From Pelagomonas calceolata (lineage: Eukaryota), in assembly GCA_918797485.1 (NCBI GenBank), contig CAKKNE010000005.1:496001-560000 (forward strand): a stretch of DNA of 64,000 nucleotides, written 5' to 3'. Positions 28,976-37,890 of this stretch are shown one piece after another. A model generated the notes under the pieces. The model was given only the letters and a program-made list of their open reading frames with translations, did no database searches and was not told the DNA's origin. The number at the start of each line of letters is the position of its first letter. The first letter of the stretch is position 1. Made by a program: the position numbers and the translations under genes.

Positions 28976-31023
28976 TCAACGGCGGCGGCTCCTGATCTAC
29001 CTCGCGCCATCTACACGCACGCTGCGTCGCGCGACGCCCGGCCCCCGGAGAAGCTTCGCGGCGGCCCGTCTGGGTCTCCGAGCGCCCATTGCCGCGGAGG
29101 AGCTCGGGTTCGCGGCCACGACAACCAGACCGGGACCCCACCCCCTCCACGCTCACGACCAAGGACTCGTCATCGACTGCGACCTGCCGGAGCCGTCCCC
29201 TTCCCCCCTTTTTGACCGGAGGGAGTGTCGCGCCCCTGTCAACTGCGGCTCTGCTATCGACGCTGGAGATTGGACTGGGCCCGAGCGCGGCGCGTCCCCT
29301 GAGACGCCTTGCCGGGTGGCCTATACCAAACACGATCTCCGGCGGCGGGGGCCTTGCGGAGGGCAACGGGTCGGCCTTCAACTGGTTGAGTCGAGCACGA
29401 CGGGCCCCAAGCGACTTCCCCTCCCCTGTCGCTCCCCCCCCGTCGTGCGAGCTCATCGCCACCCGCGGTGCAGAAACTCGCGAAAGGAGTGCCGGAGCCG
29501 GGCTTGCCCTTGCAAGTCTGGAACTGGACTCGAGGAGTACCCGCCCCGGGCTAGGTTCCTGCGGTTGCGTAGGTCGTTAGGTAGGTAAACCATGAATTGC
29601 TTGGCAATGGCTTCCAGAGCCCTCCGAGAGCACTAGGCTGCCGCATCGACGGCGTATGCGGTGCAGGCGCTTACCCAATACCAGACCTACCCCGAGAGGC
29701 CTCCAGGAGCCGATCTGGATCCGAAAAAAGTAAATAATTTGGACCCGATGGCGCCCCGTTCCCGTAAAAAACGTCAAATACCCGAGGGCCCCCAGGAATC
29801 GTAATAGCGGTCTCGTTGGGTCCCATACTACCCCACCGATAGTCGACTACAATTATATAACATCTACACCACGAGAAGGGTACTTTGGGCTGCCCACGCT
29901 CGGGACGTGAACATCTGCATCTGGACCTCGCGCAAGTCGGTCGATCATGGAACAAATGATCGCGTTATGGTCCATGGTGAAGGTACACGGGCTGATGGTC
30001 GCAGATCTGAGTCTGAAGCTCGAATTGGCCAGATCCTGGGGCAGCAAAGACGAGCGACCGCGAGGACCCAAGGGGTCAATAAATCCAATGTAGTTCACGC
30101 CCAGCCCGGTTATCTGGCCCGTCCATTAACCGAAACGCCTCAAACGCAAATTTATTTCATAACTCACCGGTATGGGGCCAATTGAGTGCCCCGCGTACGC
30201 ACCGTCGTCCGCGGAGAACGGGCAAGTCGGTCGATCGTGAATAGAACAACGGCGTTATGGTCCATTTGGATGGTGGCGTCGCTGATACTCGCAGGTCTAG
30301 GCACGGAGCCCATCTGTATATAAACGCGTGGTCGCGGATTCTTCGTTTCGCGCGGCTCCAACGGAGCACCTAAAATAGATGAGTACGTGTTCAATCGGCC
30401 TAGATGGACTCCACCACTAACAAACGGAAGGAAACGAACATAAACTCGGGAGTTGTCTAGTAGAATTTGTTTCCCGCCCTCCGAGCGCGGGCCGTCGGCT
30501 CCGGTTCCGTCGATTGTGTATGAAAACTGAGCTGGAGTTGATATAATGTCCCATTTGGACGGGGAATGGCGGAGTCAATCGCTGGTCTACTTTGGAAACT
30601 CGTAAGACTCATCCGCGAATGTCACTGGCGGTGCCTTCCGGGAGGCGCGAGGGTATGTTCCCGGGCCGCTACTCTCAAATATTTGGTCGCGGCAAACGAC
30701 TAGGCTGTATTCTGAATTTGAGTCATTCTTTTGACGCTACTGAGGCGTATCTTTGAATTTGCTAGTATGTCGATTACGCTAGCTCCGAGTTTATAAAACA
30801 ACACTTAATTCGGCGGAAAATTGGTACACGACCTTCTATCAATGTGATATAATACTGAGGGGCCGCGTCGCGACACGAAACCCGTCGGCTGATCACGGCG
30901 GCACCGCGGGACTTGGAACCGGGAGCCGCGAGGGTAAGTTCCTCGTTCGTATAGCAGCCGACGACTCCCCAAGACGCCATCGAAGCGACGCCCAGTAGTC
31001 CTAGCGCCGCCTACAGAAGAGTC

Positions 31024-33384
31024 TTACCCGTCCTCCTCCTCCTCCGGCGGCTCGTATTTCTTGACCTTCGCGACGCCCAATGCTCGAGCCGATTCGTTCT
31101 GCGTATCAATACATTCATCCAATTGAGCAATCGCATTCCTCAACGTGTCGCGGCAGTGCTCGTGCATGGCCCGCCTAGCTTTCGCGCGCGCGATGGCGGC
31201 CTCCCGTTCCGCTTTTATCTTGGCCTGCTCGGCCGTCGCGTCGTGGTCGGTGCCCGTGGCCATTTTTTCGAACTTCAGCACATGTAACATGGCCGGGTCG
31301 ACGCGCCGTCGTTCCCGTAATTTCCCAAAGTCGACGGACGTACCGGAAGAAAACTGGACGACCTGCCGCATCAAGTAATCGATGCCCGTCACCGGACTAC
31401 GTACGACCCACGCGAAGTCTTCGTTGAAATGTTTCGTATCCTCATCAATCACTTTATGTTGCAGCTCTTCCCGGACGTCCTCGTAGGCGTGATCTAAGAT
31501 GGCGAGCAACATCGACAGAACGACAAATTGCGTGACCACGACGTACGTCACACAGAGGCACATCCCTATGGTATTATTGGTCACCGCTCTCCCAGGCCCC
31601 ATCAACACGGTAAAATCAAAATCGCCCACTATAGCTCTAGACATGCTCTGCATCGCGTTCGGCACGTCGTTGTAATCAAATAACTCCTGCCCGAAGGCGA
31701 TTTGTAAAGCTGCCGCGTAGGCGACCATGCACACTATCAGTATAAGCATGACCGGTCCCAGTTCCATCGTCGCTAAGTATATGGTATCGGACAACTGCGC
31801 CAAGCCCGGGTTCGCCCTCAAATACTTGAACAGTCGGAAGAACGACAGGATAGCATTGATGGCGTTCAATTCGTCCACGGTCTTGTACAGCACGATCTGC
31901 TGGGCCAGTTCTTCCGGGTACGCGTCGTGATCCATGTAAATCAGGAGTTTCCGGTAATTGTCCCGGACCCACGATAAATTTCTCAAGCGGAGGAAGAGCG
32001 CGACGACGAACGAGATGAGGTTGATGCATGTCAATAGCGAGATGTACTGCTTCCGGTACGTGTGCCATCCTAATTGCTTGATAGCTTTTAACTCAAGCAC
32101 GATGTAACATAGGACTTGCAGATACAACATGACCTCCAGGTAGGCGCAGATCCGCTGATCCATCTTCGCGCCGTCGTTCGACCAGGCGGTGTATGTCCCC
32201 GCCAAGTCGACGGCCAAGATGTCGAACGTCGGGACCACGGCCCCCGCCGGGTGGAACTCGACGACTCCTCTGAATAAACCAAATAACGCCGTGCCGGGGT
32301 TGTACAGCACAAATTCTGTTATCAAAGCTCGTGTCCCATCATCAATCAACCAGTCGTCGTCCCGCAGCATCTCGAGCTCCGCGAGCGCCGTCGTCTGGTT
32401 CGTACTCAGGTCCCAGACCTGGCCGTTCCCACAATAAATGTTTCCCGTTATTTTCGACTTGTACGCGGGCTCCTCCGTCTTTCTCCATGCGATGGCGTAG
32501 CCGCCCGTTTTTGGGGCTGTCGGGACTTTTACAGTAGGCGGCCGCGTGGGACTAGGTGAAGGGACGGATGTCGGTGAAGACGTCCCGTTGGTCGTCGCCG
32601 GGGCATGTGTTGGAGGGCACGTGCGGTGCGGCGCCCGCTCGTAGTAGTACGGGCCCTCGTAGCCCGGGAGCGTGCGGGGCACGTCGCCGCGGACCGTCGT
32701 GCTCGTAAAAGTTCCTTTTTCCTCGTTGGCCAAGGGCGACGACGAGCATCCCATCACACCGGGCCCTATATAATCACTATAGACCCGAGGGAGGTACTCC
32801 CGCTTCCAGGCGCCCCTGTCGTCCTCGAGGTAATCCGTAACTTCGTTCAGAGAACTCGGTTTGGAGCTGACCTTTCTTAACCGAATAGCGCCCACTCGCA
32901 GCGATTGGCCGTCCCCCAGCGTCAATCGATCGACGCACCCGAGTTCGATGCCGCTCCCGTCGTTCCGCACGATCGGTAGCACGCCCGGCACTACCACTGC
33001 TGACAGCCACGTATAGACCTGGTCCCGCAAGTTCAGGCCCGAAAAGGGCACGTTATAATGGAACTCGTTGCCCGTGAACCAGTCCTCCAGGCCCAGATGC
33101 ATGTCGTACGGCGCCGACACGCCCCCGCGCAACGCATAAACCACGGCCACGAAGGTAGCGAGGAACCCGAGGTAGATCAAAAAGTCCCAGAAGGGCGGGC
33201 TGAAGCCCTTCCTTCCTTCCTCGTCCTCCTCATCACTCGACTCTTCGTCCTCCAAATGTTTATCATCATCATGGTGGTGCTCGATGGCCCGGAAGATCTT
33301 GTTTAAGACTCTCCAGAACAACGCCATGACGGTCCCGAAGGCGATGAGCCCCAACGCCAGGCCGAACACCTCGATGAAGCCCAT
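31024..33384 (-). CDS. Polycystin-2 (PKD2/TRPP)-like cation channel
   Basis: TM1 then a large extracellular loop (VGAIRLR, WLIDDGTRALITEFVLYN, VEFHPAGAV). FFRLFKYL, pore region IVGDFDF, VLSMLLAILDHAYEDV and a coiled-coil tail. Confidence 0.9.
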   Translation of the reverse strand: MGFIEVFGLALGLIAFGTVMALFWRVLNKIFRAIEHHHDDDKHLEDEESSDEEDEEGRKGFSPPFWDFLIYLGFLATFVAVVYALRGGVSAPYDMHLGLEDWFTGNEFHYNVPFSGLNLRDQVYTWLSAVVVPGVLPIVRNDGSGIELGCVDRLTLGDGQSLRVGAIRLRKVSSKPSSLNEVTDYLEDDRGAWKREYLPRVYSDYIGPGVMGCSSSPLANEEKGTFTSTTVRGDVPRTLPGYEGPYYYERAPHRTCPPTHAPATTNGTSSPTSVPSPSPTRPPTVKVPTAPKTGGYAIAWRKTEEPAYKSKITGNIYCGNGQVWDLSTNQTTALAELEMLRDDDWLIDDGTRALITEFVLYNPGTALFGLFRGVVEFHPAGAVVPTFDILAVDLAGTYTAWSNDGAKMDQRICAYLEVMLYLQVLCYIVLELKAIKQLGWHTYRKQYISLLTCINLISFVVALFLRLRNLSWVRDNYRKLLIYMDHDAYPEELAQQIVLYKTVDELNAINAILSFFRLFKYLRANPGLAQLSDTIYLATMELGPVMLILIVCMVAYAAALQIAFGQELFDYNDVPNAMQSMSRAIVGDFDFTVLMGPGRAVTNNTIGMCLCVTYVVVTQFVVLSMLLAILDHAYEDVREELQHKVIDEDTKHFNEDFAWVVRSPVTGIDYLMRQVVQFSSGTSVDFGKLRERRRVDPAMLHVLKFEKMATGTDHDATAEQAKIKAEREAAIARAKARRAMHEHCRDTLRNAIAQLDECIDTQNESARALGVAKVKKYEPPEEEEDG

Positions 33385-34002
33385 GGTTGTTTTGTGCTAC
33401 CGAGGTCTTTGTACTTTGTGGTGCGTGCGTCTCTGCCACTGGTCGCCGGTCTTTTGTGCTACCACGGTCTTGTCTTGTGGTGCGTGGGCCCGCGTCTCTG
33501 CCACTGGTCGCTTCGGAGCGCGAGGGCTTGGGTCCTTGGGGGCTGCCCCCGGTCTCTGTCCTCCGCCCGGTCACGCGGTACGCCCGCGGCGCGTGGGGCT
33601 GCGTCCGCTGCCCCACGGGCCGCGTCGGGCAGCGCGACTCGTCGTCGGCGGGCGCGCGCCGGTCCGTTTGGCGTGCAACGCGCCGGCAGCTTTTTGTTTT
33701 TGACGGGTTTTGTTGATTGCGGACGGGTCTTCTGTCGGCGTCAGGCACGTGTCTCCAGACATGTTTGCACAGCGTTCGCCCCCGCGCTGTGGCTGGTCTA
33801 TGAGCAGCTTTGCTCTGGCACACTGAGAGCTTGTCTGCACACAGCTGCGCGTAGCGGCGGAATCAACGCGTTTCAGCGGCTCGATTGCACCAATCACACC
33901 TGAATTCGACGCTGCTGCGGTCCACGAGTCGAGCGGAGCACTACTGGCGGAGGTACAGCTGCAGCAGACAGCCTCCATAGTGCGCTGCCACGCGAAGCGC
34001 AA

Positions 34003-34317
34003 ATGCGCACCGTAGCGCTGCTCGGCGCGCTGGCGGCCAGCACAGCGCTCGTCGTACCAACACACCGCCTCCACAAGTTGAGACGGCCGCGCGCCGCCGA
34101 CGGCGACACCGAGGTCTTCGAGGCGCTGGACGACGACGACGACGCGGCCGCGGCGCCCGCGCCCGCGAACGACGATTTCACGCCCGACGAGGACGATCCG
34201 ACGCAGCAGACGCGCGTGCTGACCTACATGGGCCTGTCGTTGCTGCCTATCATTGGGCTCGTACCGTTCTTCGCGGGACGCGACTTCGTGCCGGCGGACC
34301 CATCGCTCTACTCGTAG
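34003..34317 (+). CDS. Small plastid-targeted membrane protein
   Basis: Signal peptide, basic transit-like stretch, acidic linker and one hydrophobic segment (VLTYMGLSLLPIIGLVPFF). Confidence 0.7.
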   Translation: MRTVALLGALAASTALVVPTHRLHKLRRPRAADGDTEVFEALDDDDDAAAAPAPANDDFTPDEDDPTQQTRVLTYMGLSLLPIIGLVPFFAGRDFVPADPSLYS

Positions 34318-34376
34318 GGGCGCGGCCGGCCTATAACTTGCGATGCATAGGTTCAAACGTCTCTGCTCCCAATTTA

Positions 34377-34985
34377 TCAAAAGAGAAATTTATAAACGGG
34401 GGATGGGACGGAGACGTCCACCGCGCGCCTCCGTGGGGTCATGTCCAGAGGAGGCGTCCGGCGCGGCCTTGTCGCGCGCCGGTGAACACCGCCTAGTCGC
34501 AATCCTTGCACGGGCGGCACTCCATGGGGCCGGTGTACATGGAGCTGTGGTACTGGATCCCGCCCTACGTTCGGCGCGCGCGTGTGCTCTACCGTGTCGA
34601 AGACGTGCCAGCTCGCCGCGTCGCGGGCGACGTCGCGCTTCGTCTGCTCTAAGGACGCGACGACGCCGCGCGGGAAGAGCTTCGCGGCGCTCTTCCTTGC
34701 CATGTTTCGGTGTTCCTCTTTTACGGCGGCGCCGCCGTGGCGGCCGATCGCGACGACCAATGCGGGCGCGGACGCGAACAACTGGCTGAAGCTGGCGATT
34801 TTTCGGAGCAGTTCGTCGGGGAGGGCCATGAGCGAGGCTTTGTCCGCGTCGGCGGCGGCGTCGGGGAGGGCCATGAGCGAGGCTTTGTCCGCGTCGTCGG
34901 CGGCGTCGGGGAGGGCCATGAGTGAGGCTTTGTCCGCGTCGTCGGCGGCGTCCGGCGCCGGCGTTTGTTGGGTGGTGAAGGTCAT
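34377..34985 (-). CDS. F-box-like protein with an N-terminal 15-aa tandem repeat
   Basis: SLMALPDELLRKIASF F-box motif. The C-terminal part is uncertain. Confidence 0.5.
   Translation of the reverse strand: MTFTTQQTPAPDAADDADKASLMALPDAADDADKASLMALPDAAADADKASLMALPDELLRKIASFSQLFASAPALVVAIGRHGGAAVKEEHRNMARKSAAKLFPRGVVASLEQTKRDVARDAASWHVFDTVEHTRAPNVGRDPVPQLHVHRPHGVPPVQGLRLGGVHRRATRPRRTPPLDMTPRRRAVDVSVPSPVYKFLF
34815..34954. repeat. 45-bp tandem repeat x3 (PDAADDADKASLMAL)
   Basis: gtcggggagggccatgag recurs at 34815, 34860 and 34905. Confidence 0.95.
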
Positions 34986-35410
34986 TTCAGCTTCGTGTGT
35001 CTGAGAGGCCTCGGGGGCGCGAACGGGCCTCGGTTTCGCGCGTGTCGCGTCAGTTGTGATGTAGTTCGACCGCCGTGTTACGCGCGGCGTGTGTACGTCG
35101 TTTTTACGGCCGCTTTTGGTGCATGCAGCCACAGACTTTTTTTTTCGCAGGCGTCTGAGACCCCTCTCAGCTGTCACGGGGCCGTTTTTAAGCGTACAAT
35201 CAAGTCCCGTTTTGCTAGCGTAGTACCGACACTAGCGTCTGTGTCTTGTCAGACAAGCAACCTTACCGGGCGATATTACTGTAGACTCGCAGCGTAGCTC
35301 AATTTAAATCCTGACACGCGCAAAAGGCTTACCTATCGCCACGGTACGCGCAACACAACGCTCGTGCAAAAAAACGCGCGCGTCGCGCAAAACAAGAGAG
35401 CGACTCGACA

Positions 35411-35816
35411 ATGCCCTGCGCCGGCTCGCCGGGCGGGGCGAGCGAGGCCATCCTCGAGTGTCCCGTGAGGAACTGGTGCGTCTGCGAGTGGGCCTTCTCT
35501 GGCTACATCGCCAAGGCCGGGGGCTGTGCTACGCGGCGTCTTACATATCGACTCGCCTCGACGGCGTGGAGGGTGACGAGAGTCGACCTCGCGCCATCGA
35601 CGCGACTCACCGATTATCGACGCAGGCGATGCCATCAAGAACATCAACTGCAATGCGACAAACGCGCTCGCGGTGGCGCACTACGAGGACAAGGGCCCGG
35701 AGGCCGCCGACGCGCTCGCGTGCCTCGAGACGCGTTGCGGGCTCGACGCCAAGACGGCCGACGAGGCGTACAAGGAGTTCGACAAGAAGGAGCCCTGGGA
35801 CGAGGTCCTTAGCTAA
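35411..35816 (+). CDS. Small Cys-rich protein (DUF2237-like); intron 35526-35625
   Basis: Spliced product reads CPVRNWCVCEWAFSGYIAKAGG|CDAIKNINCNATNALA...LACLETRCG. The stop is at 35814-35816. Confidence 0.6.
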
Positions 35817-35830
35817 GCACACTACTAAAG

Positions 35831-37533
35831 TTAATTAGGCAGCCCCTCCTTCCGCCGCCGGAACGCCCCCGCCAGTCCCAGCACCACGACCAACACACCG
35901 AGAAACGCGTACCAGACCGACCCGCCACCGAGAGATGATTGCGTATAAAGGAACAGGCCGTGCGTTGCACCCGCGTCGACGGAGCAGTTCGGCCCCGCGT
36001 CGAAGGACCAGGGCAGCGCGTTGATCTCGTAGAGCATCGCGCCGAGCTGCCAGCCCACACTGACGGTCGCGCCGTTGTACGTCGTCTCCGTGACAGTGGT
36101 AAAATTCACTCTAGCATCAAACCCGTGCCCGCTCACGAACGTCTCGTAGGCGTACGCGGCCACGAAGCAGAGCTCGTTCTGCGATAGGGTGTGGTGGTCC
36201 TTGGCCGGGAAGGGCACGTCGGTATCGCCACATACCTTCAGAGCCGCGTCGCCCATGTCGTGGACGTTCGTCGTCTCCGGCAGCCCGAGCATGTTAAAGA
36301 GATCGACGTAATTCCCGAGCAAAACAAAGTTCCCAAAATCAGTACCGGTAGGTAATGAGGGCTGGTACACGCCGGCGAAGGCGCACTGGCCGTGGTGGCT
36401 GTACTCGCACCACTGGTTGAATCTGACGTCGAAGAGAGCCGCTCGCACGTCGTCCTTGCACCGCGCGTACCTATCTCTGGTACGTATTCCAGTACCTTTT
36501 ATCGTGACGTTGGCGTTGACCGGCCCAAAATGCAGCGGCGGCGTCAGGCCGAACTGCCCCGTCACGCTCTCCAATTGGTCCAAGTGCACTCGAGGCTCGG
36601 CGCCGACCAAACAGTGGTCTTCAATCACACAAGGCACCGCCGCCTGGGGATCTTCCCCATCGTACGTCCAGCAGCCCGCTTTTTTGGCGAGGTACTCCCA
36701 GTATGCTCTTCTAGATGATACTCTACCATAATGGAGGAACGAGTGGGCGTAGATGTTGATGTGGCTTCTTCCTCCCAATTGGAGCTTGAACAAACCAGCC
36801 AGGATGTCCTGCTCCGGCTTGTAGAAGCTTATCTGGGCGGAAGACCCGCCCATCTCCATACTACCTCTGGCCCTTGACGGTGTGGCGGTGCCGAAGGGCG
36901 AATCAGTAGCTTCGAGTAACGCCCCATCAACGAAATTAACAGCAACCCAGGCGTAGGCCGCCTCCTCCTCGCCCGCGATGACGCGCGCCTGCTCCTTGTT
37001 CGCGAAGTCGAAGGGGCACGTATTATTATCTTTGAGTAGTCTTCGGACCGCGTCGATCGTCGCGTCGCGCTTCTTCTCCGGGAGTTCGCGCATCCCGGCC
37101 GTCGCTTTGACGTAGATGGGATACGACGACCTGTGTGGAAATCAAAATTCTACGGCGCGTTCATGCTGAATCATCGAGAAATGGGCACACTGGTTGATTT
37201 CCACACGGACGGCGACCACGCATGCTTGTAGTTGCCCAGCGTCCGCTTCGCCGTCTCGATGAGCGGTACCAGCGTCCGCGCGGCTCGCTCGGCGTCATCA
37301 TTATAATCCGACAGGCCGGGCTTGATGCGCTCCGTCCACCGTTCTGAGGTGAGAGGTAGGGAGAGGGGCGGCGGCAACGTGTTGAAATCGCGCTTCTCCC
37401 ACTGGTAGATGTGGACGCGGCTGCCGGTCGAGCCGGCGTCGATCAAAATGCCGAAGGTCGTCGCGTCGTCGCGGTCGACGACGTCGTACTTCGTTTTGGC
37501 TGCTGCGGCCGCGAGGAGCAGGAGCAGGCGCAT
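35831..37533 (-). CDS. GDA1/CD39 apyrase (NTPDase); intron 37131-37216
   Basis: ACR motifs DAGSTGSR, KATAGMR (restored by splicing), GEEEAAYAWVAVNF, MEMGGSSAQI and GWQLG. Signal peptide and C-terminal TM. Confidence 0.93.
37131..37208. mobile_element. Introner element (intron 37131-37216 on the minus strand)
   Basis: TIRs ctgtgtggaaatcaa / ttgatttccacacgg. TSD gtcgccgt / gtcgtcgt (7 of 8 match). Its orientation relative to the transcript is opposite to the 2238 and 17197 copies. Confidence 0.92.
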
Positions 37534-37719
37534 CGGCGGCGTGCGCGGCGCTGCTGCGCGCTGCTGGGCTGCAGGCAAGGTTGCTGCAGGCAAGTTGTGC
37601 TGCACTGGCGCGTGCGGCAGCAGCAACAGGCGTTCAGTTGCGGCTGCTGTGTGAGCGCTTCGGTCCTCTACTTGCTTTTGCGGCCTATTACAAGCGATAT
37701 TCAAACAAAAACTTGCCTC

Positions 37720-37743
37720 GCTAGTGTCTTACATGCCGCTAGC
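37720..37743 (+). promoter_or_regulatory. Recurrent 24-bp upstream motif
   Basis: gctagtgtcttacatgccgctagc, between the divergent apyrase and Sel1 genes. Confidence 0.7.
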
Positions 37744-37890
37744 CCGAAGATCGCAACCGGCCTGGGGCAGCCGATTCTACGCTGCAGAGAGATTGCCAGA
37801 GGAACGGGGGCAGCCCGCCTCGTTGGCGGCACCTCAGAGTGAGGGCGTGTGTGCAGCCCTTTGGCCAGGGCAGCAGTGGTCTGATATATC

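Noticed and set aside
29931..30300. DHNA(I/V) as the APE endonuclease SDH motif of the retroelement
   Set aside because: It is on the opposite strand, downstream of the RT, duplicated, and lacks the other APE motifs (GDFN, RIDY).
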